This document shows, piece after piece, positions 1-9,851 of a stretch of DNA of 57,556 bases (position 1 is the first letter of the stretch; each line of letters starts with the position of its first letter). Origin of the DNA: a virus (Duplodnaviria > Caudoviricetes); the IMG/VR virus record IMGVR_UViG_3300013132_000058, positions 1 to 57,556 of that record; one strand, written 5' to 3'. Position numbers and translations under genes: made by a program. A model generated the notes under the pieces. That model was not told where the DNA came from. It was given only the letters and a program-made list of their open reading frames with translations, and did not search any database.

Positions 1-498
1 ATCAATTGGTCAACAGGTAGAACAGATTTGTGGGTACAAACCGCTGATTTGACTGCTTCAGACTTGAGTACGGGTCAAACTTTTTCACGATTATTTACTG
101 GTAATGCTGCACCTGGTACAACAATTGAAAATGCTTGGACAACATTCAGAAGTCAATTAACAGGAACATATACAACTATGACATTGTCAAATTCACTTGG
201 GACATCATTGACAGTGAATGATTCAAAAGTACAAGATATTGCAGATGCGTTAAGAACAGCAACAACTAATACTAATTTTTCAGTTGTTATTGGTTCAAAT
301 ACTTGGAGAGTACTTCATGGATGCGTTTCGGGTACGCCAGATGTTAATTCTATTTACTTGACAAATGATACTGCTTGTAATTGCGGAGGTGGTGGTAAAT
401 ACACAATAAGACCGATGATTAAAAATTTTATTTGGGGTGGACTTAATGGTTCGTCTTGTGCTCAACCAACTCAAACAATAAATGTAACATTTAACTGA
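1..498 (+). CDS. C-terminal part of a Thr/Ser/Cys-rich probable virion or adhesin protein (5' truncated by the window edge)
   Basis: Frame +1 is open from base 1 (INWSTGRTDLWVQT...), so the TTG start at 28 is an artefact. It ends ...CNCGGGGKYTIRPMIKNFIWGGLNGSSCAQPTQTINVTFN-TGA. Confidence 0.65.
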   Translation: MNWSTGRTDLWVQTADLTASDLSTGQTFSRLFTGNAAPGTTIENAWTTFRSQLTGTYTTMTLSNSLGTSLTVNDSKVQDIADALRTATTNTNFSVVIGSNTWRVLHGCVSGTPDVNSIYLTNDTACNCGGGGKYTIRPMIKNFIWGGLNGSSCAQPTQTINVTFN

Positions 499-635
499 TG
501 GAAGAATTATATTACATATTAGATATTGAAACAAATTTACCTATAATCGAAAATTTGACATACCAAGAGGGGATAAATTGGTTGATAGAAAATGGTGTCG
601 CAAACATTCATATTCTAACTCAACACACTTCTTGA
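498..635 (+). CDS. small hypothetical protein (45 aa)
   Basis: The ATG overlaps the upstream stop (TGATG), which suggests translational coupling. Translation: MEELYYILDIETNLPIIENLTYQEGINWLIENGVANIHILTQHTS. Not in the ORF track. Confidence 0.6.
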   Translation: MEELYYILDIETNLPIIENLTYQEGINWLIENGVANIHILTQHTS

Positions 636-643
636 TTTTTTTT

Positions 644-711
644 TTGACAGATTTTTTCACTATATTTAATTATAAAGACTAACTGCAGATACGTCTGCAA
701 GCTAATGTGTC
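644..711 (+). promoter_or_regulatory. putative promoter plus leader hairpin of the DNA polymerase gene
   Basis: TTGACA at 644-649 and TATATTTA at 661-668, followed by the hairpin TGCAGA-TACG-TCTGCA at 684-699, about 30 nt before the ATG at 730. Confidence 0.45.
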
Positions 712-729
712 AACCAAAAATTATTGTAC

Positions 730-3618
730 ATGAAAGAATTAATTTCGCAAGAAGTTATTGAGAACTTTTTGTTCGGTTCTGACCCAGAAAAATACATAGT
801 TGGTGTCGAATACGATTATCAAAAAAATTTAATATATAAAATAATTCAGGACCCAGAAAAGGGTAAAATTATAAAACCTGATACGTTTACCCCATTCTTG
901 TGGTGTGGGGATTTATCTCAGTTAAATTTTTACGGGGGTTCTAAATCAGAACAAAAAAAATATATACAACATTATGGTATCGTAATTGAAAAATTAAATA
1001 CTGAGAACCACCCAAGATTAATTAACGGTCATAACTTTTTAATCAAAAGTATAAAAAGTTATTCATCACTAATAAGTTTTTTCAAAACAGGTGGTATCGA
1101 TATATGGAATGATAAATATAAACAATATTTTACTATTTTATCCCCCGTAGAACAATATTTAGTACAAAAGAAAAAAAGATTATTTAAAGGAATTGATGAT
1201 TATAATGGTGTTCATAGATTAGTATTCGACATTGAAACTACTGGTTTAAATCCAAAAGAGGATAATATAATCCTAATTGGCATAAAAGATAATCGAGGTT
1301 TTAAGAAAACGATACCAACATTTGGTGATGATGGTGAAAAAAATGCAATAATATCATTTTTTAATTATATAAAAGATATTAAACCAACAATTATTGGTGG
1401 TTATAATTCTGCTTCATTTGATTTTCCATTTATATTAAAAAGAGCAAAATATTTAGGATTAGATATTACTGAACTAACATCGGTATATGGTAATAGAGGT
1501 TTGAAAGAAAAAGAGGGGTTATTAAAGTTAGCAAATGAAATTGAACCTTATACTCAACATACTTTGTTTGGTTTTAATATAATTGATATTTCTCATTCTG
1601 TTAGAAGAGCACAAGCAATTAATTCGGAAATCAAATCTTGGAGTCTTAAATATATCACCAAATATCTTGAAAAAGAAAAACCTAATCGTGTATATGTTGA
1701 TGGTAAAGAAATATCAAATGTATATCTATCGAATGACAAATATTATGTAAATCCAAAAACAGGTAAGTATAGAAAGATTGGGGAAAAAGGGACTGAAAAT
1801 TTATTATCAAGATTTCCTAATGTTTATGAAATATGGGATGGTGAAAAAATAATAGAACAATATCTTGACGATGACCTTTATGAAACTATGATTGTGGACG
1901 AATCATTTAGTCAGTCTACATTTTTACTTTCAAAGTGGATTCCCACAACATATGAACGTATATCTACGATGGGAACTGCAACATTATGGAAAATCATAAT
2001 GTTATCTTGGTCATATGAAAATAATTTGGCAATACCGTGTAAAGTAGAAAAAAGGAAATTTACTGGTGGATTATCTCGTTTATTGAATGTTGGTTATTCT
2101 AAGAATGTTGTCAAGTTTGACTTTGCATCTCTGTATCCATCCATTCAACTTGTCTATGATATTTTTCCTGAATGTGATGTAATGGGTGTTCAGAAGTCCT
2201 TACTGAAATATTTTAGGAACATTCGTATTCAATATAAGAGACTTACAGGTGAATTAAAAGATAGTAATCCTGTTTTGTCTGAAATGTATGATAGAAAGCA
2301 GTTACCTATTAAAATATTCATTAACGGTTACTTTGGTTCATTATCAGCACCACAAGTATTTCCATGGGCAGAAATGGATAAAGCAGAATCAATCACTTGT
2401 ATCGGAAGACAGTGTCTTCGAATGATGATTATGTTTTATATGAAGAAAGGTTATAAACCATTAGTTATGGATACTGATGGTGTAAACTTTGAAACACCAG
2501 TAGATGTTGAATCTCATACATATGTTGGTATTGGAAATAATGAATTGGTCGAAAAAGGAAAGATATATAGTGGTGTTGAAGCAGATACAGCAGAATTCAA
2601 TGATTTGTTTATGAGGAATGAAATGGGTCTTGATTTGGATTATTTCTCTCCTTCGACAATCAATATTTCAAGAAAAAATTATATTATCAAATTAATTAAG
2701 AAAGGTAAAGAAAAGATTAAATTAACTGGTAATACTATCAAGTCAAAGAAACTTCAACAATATATTTCAGACTTTTTAGACGAAGGACTAAAACATTTAT
2801 TAAATGGTGATGGTGTTTCCTTTATAGAATTATATTATAGTTATATTGATAAAATTTTTAGTAAACAAATACCTTTATCTAAGATTGCAAATAAAAGTAG
2901 GATGAAACAATCCGTTGAATACTACAAAGACCACATTACCAAGAGAACTAAATCAGGGGTATTGATGTCAAGACAAGCACATATGGAACTTGTTATACAA
3001 AGTCAATATCCCGCTAATTTGGGTGAAACTATATACTATGTAAATAATGGTAAAAAGAAAACATCGGGGGATGTTCAAAAAATAACAAAAGCAACAAAGA
3101 AACAACAAGAAGAATATTATATTAATAATGGTAAACCAATTCCGTTTGACTATGTTGAAATCAATTGTTATATGATACCAGAAAAAGACATTACAAGTAA
3201 TCCTCAAATGACCGGTGATTATAATGTTCCGAGATACATTAGTATTTTTAATAAAAGAATTGAACCACTTCTTGTAGTATTTAAACCTGAGATTCGTGAT
3301 GATATATTGATTGAAGACCCAAAAGACAGGCAATATTTTACTAAAATACAATGTGACTTAGTAAATGGATATCCATTGAAAGAGGTCGGTCAAGATAAAT
3401 TTGATGAAGTTATGACTTTATCTGAAAGTGAAGTTAGATTTTGGAATGAAATGAAACAAGACCCATATTTTATGTACGTTGATAACAGTGTGAATATTAT
3501 TGACCAATATTGGGTCAACCATAACAGAAAAGTTGTGAACTATGAAGAAAAAAGTTCTATTGATAGTTATGAAGATATACAAGAAGATGATTCAAATATA
3601 TATTTTGCAATAGATTAA
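730..3618 (+). CDS. polB: family B DNA polymerase with 3'-5' exonuclease domain
   Basis: ExoI FDIETTG, ExoII GYNSASFDFPF, ExoIII YLDDD; polymerase motifs FDFASLYPSI, KQLPIKIFINGYFG and MDTDG. ATG 730 is preferred over TTG 724. Confidence 0.95.
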   Translation: MKELISQEVIENFLFGSDPEKYIVGVEYDYQKNLIYKIIQDPEKGKIIKPDTFTPFLWCGDLSQLNFYGGSKSEQKKYIQHYGIVIEKLNTENHPRLINGHNFLIKSIKSYSSLISFFKTGGIDIWNDKYKQYFTILSPVEQYLVQKKKRLFKGIDDYNGVHRLVFDIETTGLNPKEDNIILIGIKDNRGFKKTIPTFGDDGEKNAIISFFNYIKDIKPTIIGGYNSASFDFPFILKRAKYLGLDITELTSVYGNRGLKEKEGLLKLANEIEPYTQHTLFGFNIIDISHSVRRAQAINSEIKSWSLKYITKYLEKEKPNRVYVDGKEISNVYLSNDKYYVNPKTGKYRKIGEKGTENLLSRFPNVYEIWDGEKIIEQYLDDDLYETMIVDESFSQSTFLLSKWIPTTYERISTMGTATLWKIIMLSWSYENNLAIPCKVEKRKFTGGLSRLLNVGYSKNVVKFDFASLYPSIQLVYDIFPECDVMGVQKSLLKYFRNIRIQYKRLTGELKDSNPVLSEMYDRKQLPIKIFINGYFGSLSAPQVFPWAEMDKAESITCIGRQCLRMMIMFYMKKGYKPLVMDTDGVNFETPVDVESHTYVGIGNNELVEKGKIYSGVEADTAEFNDLFMRNEMGLDLDYFSPSTINISRKNYIIKLIKKGKEKIKLTGNTIKSKKLQQYISDFLDEGLKHLLNGDGVSFIELYYSYIDKIFSKQIPLSKIANKSRMKQSVEYYKDHITKRTKSGVLMSRQAHMELVIQSQYPANLGETIYYVNNGKKKTSGDVQKITKATKKQQEEYYINNGKPIPFDYVEINCYMIPEKDITSNPQMTGDYNVPRYISIFNKRIEPLLVVFKPEIRDDILIEDPKDRQYFTKIQCDLVNGYPLKEVGQDKFDEVMTLSESEVRFWNEMKQDPYFMYVDNSVNIIDQYWVNHNRKVVNYEEKSSIDSYEDIQEDDSNIYFAID

Positions 3619-4742
3619 ATCACTTGGATTGGATATATCATCGCTCTATATTTTAATGCAGCGTTCAAATATTCCGCTTCTGATTTTTTTCGCTCCAATA
3701 ACTTTTCGGGTCTTAATCTTGTTAATATTCCTTCAGTACCTATCAGTTCTTCAATTAATTTAGACCTTTCATCTTTATATTCAGTTTGTAAAGATGTATA
3801 ATCTAATTTTACGGTACTATCGGGTACTTGTAACTCTCCAGAAAATTTACCCCATATTCTTGATAAACCTTCTTTAGCATAAGTCATCAAATAACGTCTT
3901 ATCCAATTCTGAGCAGGTTTATTCAACTTAGACCAAGTTAAAATTTCAGTTGCAACATCTGATGGTAATTTAACAATATCTTTATTTGCTTCCAAACATT
4001 CATCACGATTATCTGTAGTTTCATAATACCAATACCATAATTGGTAGTTATGTTGTTGTATTGAACCAAAATCAAATTTACCACCTGGTGTATTATATAA
4101 GTGTACAAGTTTTGTTCCATTTGGTCCTGCGGTAATTCTATATGTCAATTCTCCACCAATTAATCTGTTTTTAATGTTTCTATCTTGCATCCTTAACAAT
4201 AAATCAAATGCTGGTAACATGAAATAAGAACCTGATGTACCTACTTGTGCAAAACCACCAACACCACCGAAACCAACACCCCCAAGACCACCAAAACCAC
4301 CCAAAAATGGGTCAACAATTGAATCAGTTAATTCTGCCCTTGTGAACCATAATAACTCATTTATTTCTCTTCCTGCGGGAATTATATAGGTTTGTGTATT
4401 TGCGGTTAATGTGATATAATCTTTTTTTAATTCCCATGGTCCACCAGCTTGTAAACCAACAATTTTAGAATATGCATATGAATATTGTGTTTCATAATCT
4501 AAACTTCTTGTTGTAAATGCTCTAGTCAATGAAACAGCGTCAACATCAACATTAACCAACGAAGACCATTGTGATTCAATCAACCAATTGTAAATGTATT
4601 GTTCGTAATCATTAATGCTTAATTCTAAGAATGAATCCATTTGTTCTTCTGTAAGTTCAATACCTCTTACAGGCATTCCTAATAAATGAAATATTTGAGT
4701 ATATAATTTTTCTTTATCTATTTGTGATATTACTGTTGACAT
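3615..4742 (-). CDS. neck / head-tail adaptor protein (T4 gp13-like)
   Basis: The N-terminus LLGMPVRGIELTEEQMDSFLELSINDY resembles the gp13 family (LGxPV..ElxxxQ). It has a Gly/Phe-rich loop and a C-terminal RIWGKFSG..VPD. Confidence 0.7.
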   Translation of the reverse strand: MSTVISQIDKEKLYTQIFHLLGMPVRGIELTEEQMDSFLELSINDYEQYIYNWLIESQWSSLVNVDVDAVSLTRAFTTRSLDYETQYSYAYSKIVGLQAGGPWELKKDYITLTANTQTYIIPAGREINELLWFTRAELTDSIVDPFLGGFGGLGGVGFGGVGGFAQVGTSGSYFMLPAFDLLLRMQDRNIKNRLIGGELTYRITAGPNGTKLVHLYNTPGGKFDFGSIQQHNYQLWYWYYETTDNRDECLEANKDIVKLPSDVATEILTWSKLNKPAQNWIRRYLMTYAKEGLSRIWGKFSGELQVPDSTVKLDYTSLQTEYKDERSKLIEELIGTEGILTRLRPEKLLERKKSEAEYLNAALKYRAMIYPIQVI

Positions 4743-4779
4743 AGTTTGACATATTACAATAAATATTTTATATTTAGAT

Positions 4780-5013
4780 ATGGATACAAGTGATGAAAAA
4801 ATGAAAGAAATTTTATTATTTTGTTATCAAAACAAAATAATATTCGAATTTAATAAGGAAGGTACAAAAAATAAATTTATTATTGATAAAGTAGATGAAA
4901 AAAACAGATTTGTGTTATCGATACCCAATCCAAAAGACAAAAAATTAGAAAAACTCATTGTTGGTGGATTTAAAGAACTAAAAAATTTGATTAATCAAAT
5001 CTCTACTAAATGA
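4780..5013 (+). CDS. hypothetical protein (77 aa)
   Basis: ATG-started ORF preceded by TATATTTAG; it overlaps the 3' end of the convergent helicase gene by 36 nt. Confidence 0.55.
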   Translation: MDTSDEKMKEILLFCYQNKIIFEFNKEGTKNKFIIDKVDEKNRFVLSIPNPKDKKLEKLIVGGFKELKNLINQISTK

Positions 5014-6735
5014 TTCTGAATATTCACCATCGCCCATAACTTGGTCAATAATATTTTTCTTTTTTTGTAATATATTATAAATTATTCTTTCGATTGTATT
5101 ATCAAATATAGGATAGTAAACTAATACTGAATTTTTTTGTCCATACCTATATGCCCTATCTTCTGCTTGAGAATGGTGTGCTGGAACAAAAGATAAATCA
5201 TTCATTATTACAGTTTCTGCTGCTGTTAATGTGATACCAACACCTGCAGCAATTATATTACCTATGAATAATTTTGTTTTATCATTATTTTGAAATTTAT
5301 CGATACTTTCTTGTCTTTTATCTTTAGACATTCTACCATCAAGGGTTACAGAAATCTTTTTATATTTATCGTGTAATATTTCTAATGTATTTGTAAAATT
5401 TGTAAATACAATTATTTTTTTATCTTGTTCTAAAAACTTATCAATTAATTCACAGGTATATGGAATTTTTTCCATTGCAATTAATTGTCTAATTTTCATT
5501 AGTCTATTTAAGGTGACAGTAATACTTTCTTTATTTTTGTTTTCATTGGTAATTCTCATAAAATCTTCTAACTCTTCATCATAAAAAGTACTTTTTAATT
5601 CTAAAAATAACGGTGAAATAATTTTTTCTGGTAAATCTAATACATCTGTTTTTAATCTTCTAAGCACAATATTTTTAGTCAATTCTCTCAATTCATCCAA
5701 GTTAGAGGCACCACTTGTATTCCATATTTTTCTATTTCCAACCTTGAATTGATATCCTTTACAATATCTTTTTACATATGTTTGCCAATTTATTGCTAAA
5801 GGTGAGTTTACAATTTTAAGCAAGTTAAAATAGTTTATTGGTCTTGATGTCATAGGTGTACCCGATAACAACCATACTTTTGGTATTTCAGATAAAACAT
5901 CATTTAATAATTTTGTGCGGTTAGCTTGGGGATTACTGAGAAAATGACACTCATCCACTATAGCTAAATCAAAATTAGCATTTACTAATAATTTATAATC
6001 ATCACTATCTTCTGATTTTTCTGTTGTATGATAATTTTTTATGATATCATAATTGATAATGTAAAAATCAAAAGTTGAACCCCATTTTCTTCCTTCGACA
6101 ATTAATATTCTTCTATCAGTATAATTTTCAATTTCACGTTTCCAATTTATTTTAAGTGAAGCGGGGCAAACAATAAGTATTTTTTTTGCTTTTGATTCTA
6201 AAGATGATATCACCGCAATTGTGGTTTTTCCTAACCCTTGTTCATCTGCTAAAATATAACGGTCATTTGCTAAAAGTTTCTCTATTGCAATTTTTTGATG
6301 TTCAAGCGGTGGTCGATTAGAATATTTTGTGTAATCAATTTCTCTATCCAATTTTTTTTCTTCAACAACTATAGCTGTTTTTGGAACATAAAAACAATAG
6401 TTATTCTCTGATTCAATAATTTTTCCATATATGTGATATGCTTTATCAGTATCACACAATAATTTTTCACACCAAATACTTTCAGGAGGATTTACTAATT
6501 TTTTCTCATCCATGAGTTTATCTGCAAATGAAGAAGATAATTTTAAGAATTTTCTTGCAACTTTAGGGTTTATATTATGATATTTTAAAATATAGTCTGA
6601 TTGTGGTCTAGTGAGATTAATAATCTTTTTATTTAATAATCTTTTTTTCCATTCTAATATTTGATTATTAGAACCTTCATAATTTTCTAAAATATTTCTT
6701 GCTTTAATTTCAGGTGTTTCAATGTCCATATTCAT
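4978..6735 (-). CDS. SNF2-family (SMARCAL1/HARP-like) helicase/translocase
   Basis: Motif I ILADEQGLGKT, Ia IVCPASLKINW, II DECH, III LSGTP, V GVGITLT, VI QAEDRAYRYGQ. Confidence 0.92.
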   Translation of the reverse strand: MNMDIETPEIKARNILENYEGSNNQILEWKKRLLNKKIINLTRPQSDYILKYHNINPKVARKFLKLSSSFADKLMDEKKLVNPPESIWCEKLLCDTDKAYHIYGKIIESENNYCFYVPKTAIVVEEKKLDREIDYTKYSNRPPLEHQKIAIEKLLANDRYILADEQGLGKTTIAVISSLESKAKKILIVCPASLKINWKREIENYTDRRILIVEGRKWGSTFDFYIINYDIIKNYHTTEKSEDSDDYKLLVNANFDLAIVDECHFLSNPQANRTKLLNDVLSEIPKVWLLSGTPMTSRPINYFNLLKIVNSPLAINWQTYVKRYCKGYQFKVGNRKIWNTSGASNLDELRELTKNIVLRRLKTDVLDLPEKIISPLFLELKSTFYDEELEDFMRITNENKNKESITVTLNRLMKIRQLIAMEKIPYTCELIDKFLEQDKKIIVFTNFTNTLEILHDKYKKISVTLDGRMSKDKRQESIDKFQNNDKTKLFIGNIIAAGVGITLTAAETVIMNDLSFVPAHHSQAEDRAYRYGQKNSVLVYYPIFDNTIERIIYNILQKKKNIIDQVMGDGEYSESFSRDLINQIF

Positions 6736-6812
6736 ACAATATATATAAATTATCTCATAATATCTATAAATAAATATTAAATTGAGAACTATTTATGAAA
6801 TAATGATTATAT

Positions 6813-7985
6813 ATGATTCTATCTAGAATTAAATACGATGAATTTATTCTTTCATTATTAGATGAAAGTAGTAGTGAATATAAAAAATTATTTAAACAAC
6901 AATTATCGAAAACTAATACTGAATCGATTCATGACATGCTTGTAAAACATAATTTTCAAGATGTTTATATATCATTTAGAGATGATTATCGAGTATCAAA
7001 TATTAATATCTATACGCCATATGATACACCAATAGGTTTATATGCGTATCCTTTATCTGATTTACTACAATCAAAAAAAATTTATATAAATAACAATTTT
7101 AATACGGAGTGGAATGATGTTAAATCTATTCCCGATGAAAAATTTTTTACAAATAGGGTATTTCCTTTTGCACAGGACAAACCTGTAATATATCTTTTTC
7201 ATATATCAGATAATTCTAATATAATTTTTACATCAAAAGATGATTTTGATAAAATATCATATTATTTAAAGAGAATTTATTCAATATTGAAAAATAAAAT
7301 GGAAATTTCAAAACCACAGATTTCATTGATTGAAGATATATGTTATAATTATTTAAACTATAAATTCTATAATTCAACTTGGTTCAAAAAAAGTGTTGTT
7401 GGAGCTCAAGCATTATGGAGTATAATATATGATATTTCAAATATACTAAAAATAAAACCTAATAAATTTTTTACATCGATTGTATATCAAATTGGTTTAA
7501 AGGGTGTAGTTGATGATGCTGGTCTTGGTGCAATACATCCTAATGAACCAATTCAAGCAGTATTTTTTTATGGTTATGAAAAATTGATTGATGATAAATT
7601 ATTGTTATCAAGAAGATTTGGTAAAAATTTTATGTTACCCGTGAGTAAACCATATTCTGAATATAATGAATTTGAAAAAAAGAAAATTTTGTTCAGAAAT
7701 CAAGATAAAATGTCTAAATTTTTTAGTGAGAAATTTAGAATGAATTACAGCCGTGTAAATGAATTTATTAAATATAAATATTTAATTAATAATAAAATAC
7801 CTGTTCCATTATACAATTTAAGTAAAAACCAATGGGATTTTATTTATATAAATCCATATAAAAAAATTTACAAATTATTGGATATAAAAGATGTTCATTC
7901 ATCTTGGTATAGTGAAAATAATGTAAGTCTTTTATTCAATGAAATTCAAAAAAATATAGTAAAACAAAAAAACCTTACAATGTGA
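6813..7985 (+). CDS. hypothetical protein, possibly an ADP-ribosyltransferase-like fold
   Basis: 390-aa ORF behind TATTTAT (6790-6796), with conserved-looking blocks TPIGLYAYP and GLKGVVDDAGLGAIHPNEPIQAVFF. The function is inferred only. Confidence 0.55.
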   Translation: MILSRIKYDEFILSLLDESSSEYKKLFKQQLSKTNTESIHDMLVKHNFQDVYISFRDDYRVSNINIYTPYDTPIGLYAYPLSDLLQSKKIYINNNFNTEWNDVKSIPDEKFFTNRVFPFAQDKPVIYLFHISDNSNIIFTSKDDFDKISYYLKRIYSILKNKMEISKPQISLIEDICYNYLNYKFYNSTWFKKSVVGAQALWSIIYDISNILKIKPNKFFTSIVYQIGLKGVVDDAGLGAIHPNEPIQAVFFYGYEKLIDDKLLLSRRFGKNFMLPVSKPYSEYNEFEKKKILFRNQDKMSKFFSEKFRMNYSRVNEFIKYKYLINNKIPVPLYNLSKNQWDFIYINPYKKIYKLLDIKDVHSSWYSENNVSLLFNEIQKNIVKQKNLTM

Positions 7986-8500
7986 TGTCAAATTCTAAAT
8001 TACCAATAACAAGATTATCTAAATTTTTTTCTGAGGATGATTTTTTTTTACAAATAAAATTAGGTCAAGAATATCTACATGGAGATATAAACATGAAATT
8101 TGTTTTATATCGAGTTGATAGAGAAAAAACTGATACTAATAATATATATGGTGAAGCGGGAAAAGACGACATAAAATTTTTTCCACCTGTTGAATTTAAT
8201 GGTATAGTCAAGATTGATGACCCAAAAAATGTATCATATAAGGGTGGAATTATGAGGTATCAAGAAGCAGGGAATGTTATAATATCAGTTTACATATCAC
8301 ATTTAGAAGAATTAGGTATAGATATCAGATATGGTGATTATATTGGTTATGCGGATAAAGAAGATAAATTAAGATATTATCAAGTTACCAACGATGGAAG
8401 AATCACGTCAGACGGAAAACATAAAATGTTTGGTTATAAACCACATTATAGAACAATAACTTGTGCTATTGTACAAGAAAATGAATTTAGAGGTATTTAA
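7985..8500 (+). CDS. head closure / neck protein (gp14-like, putative)
   Basis: The ATG overlaps the previous stop (TGATG). YRVDREKTDTNNIYGE and LEELGIDIRYGDYI resemble head-closure proteins, and it lies just upstream of the tail terminator. Confidence 0.55.
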   Translation: MSNSKLPITRLSKFFSEDDFFLQIKLGQEYLHGDINMKFVLYRVDREKTDTNNIYGEAGKDDIKFFPPVEFNGIVKIDDPKNVSYKGGIMRYQEAGNVIISVYISHLEELGIDIRYGDYIGYADKEDKLRYYQVTNDGRITSDGKHKMFGYKPHYRTITCAIVQENEFRGI

Positions 8501-8503
8501 AAA

Positions 8504-9760
8504 ATGGCAAGACCTAAAAGAAAAAACAATATTGATGTCTATGAAAATAGAAATCCTTTATTAGGAAAGGACGTACAGGATAATAGACAAAAATTATTAG
8601 ATAATATTACAAAATCAGATACATACTTACCTGATTCTATTTTGCATGATGATTTAGATAGAGGTATGTTGGAATATGTAAAAAAACATTTTGTTATAGT
8701 ATCAGATGGAGAAAAAATTCCTGTCATTGACAAAATTTTAACTGTACAAAGATGGGCAGAATTTTCATCTAATTGGTCTTTTTCCGATAATGATGGTAAC
8801 ATAAAATTACCATTTATTGTTGTAATAAGGAAACCAGATGTACAACCTGGTTCCAATCCATCAATTCAAAGAACTATACCTGATAGGAAAGTTTTCTATT
8901 ACCAAACTATTCCGACTTGGGATGGTAACAAAAAAGGCGCAGATGTATATAAAATACCACAACCTGTTGCTGTTGATATTACATATGAAATATCATTAGT
9001 TTGTAACAAATTTACTGATACAAATCATTTGAATAAAATTGTAATGCAAAAATTCGCGTCAAGACAATCTTATACAATAATAAAGGGACATTACATACCA
9101 ATAATTTTACAAAGTAATGACGATACAACACCATTAGATACAATAGATGGAAGAAGATTTTATATTCAAAACTATAAATTTATAATGTTAGGTTTGTTAG
9201 TGGACCGTGATGAATTTGAAGTAAAACCAGCTTTAAGTAGATTTTTATTGATGAATGAATTGATAGAAGATATCGAAACCAAGAAAAAATATGAAAATAA
9301 AGATATTAATGTTAAAAGTATATCATTTGTAGCAAACGGTGTTGACACGACTTTTAGTGTCGGAGAGTCGATAACATTTCTTTTAAATGTTGGAATCAAT
9401 GGATTAGTACAAATAAAAAATGTAGATTATTATCATATTTCAAATACATCAAAAATTACATTTGATGAACCACCTCAAGAAGGAAGTATAGTAACTATAG
9501 TATATTATAAAGGAAAAAGCTCTGAAGTATATATTGATAATTATGGTAAAATTGTTCAATTAAGAAACGAAACATTCATTTATGATGGTTCATCATTATC
9601 ATTTAACACTACTTCAAATATATCTTATGTCATAACTGTTGATATAAATGGTTTAGTTGAAGAAATAGATAATGGTTATTTTGTATCTGGTGACGATGAA
9701 TTTACATTTAATTATACACCAGTCATAGGTTCAAAGATAAGTATAGTATATTTTAGTTAA
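8504..9760 (+). CDS. tail terminator / sheath stabiliser (gp15-like) with two extra C-terminal repeat domains
   Basis: KLPFIVVIR and PQPVAVDITYEISL blocks typical of gp15-like proteins, directly before the sheath gene. The C-terminus has two copies of F..dG...F...INGLV....Y....TF..P..GS...IVY. Confidence 0.65.
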   Translation: MARPKRKNNIDVYENRNPLLGKDVQDNRQKLLDNITKSDTYLPDSILHDDLDRGMLEYVKKHFVIVSDGEKIPVIDKILTVQRWAEFSSNWSFSDNDGNIKLPFIVVIRKPDVQPGSNPSIQRTIPDRKVFYYQTIPTWDGNKKGADVYKIPQPVAVDITYEISLVCNKFTDTNHLNKIVMQKFASRQSYTIIKGHYIPIILQSNDDTTPLDTIDGRRFYIQNYKFIMLGLLVDRDEFEVKPALSRFLLMNELIEDIETKKKYENKDINVKSISFVANGVDTTFSVGESITFLLNVGINGLVQIKNVDYYHISNTSKITFDEPPQEGSIVTIVYYKGKSSEVYIDNYGKIVQLRNETFIYDGSSLSFNTTSNISYVITVDINGLVEEIDNGYFVSGDDEFTFNYTPVIGSKISIVYFS

Positions 9761-9851
9761 AAAAATGAAGTTTGTCAATATAAATTAATCTTTGAATAAA
9801 ATAAAGATATTTATATGATAAGTAATAAATATTAATAAATTTTTTAAACTA

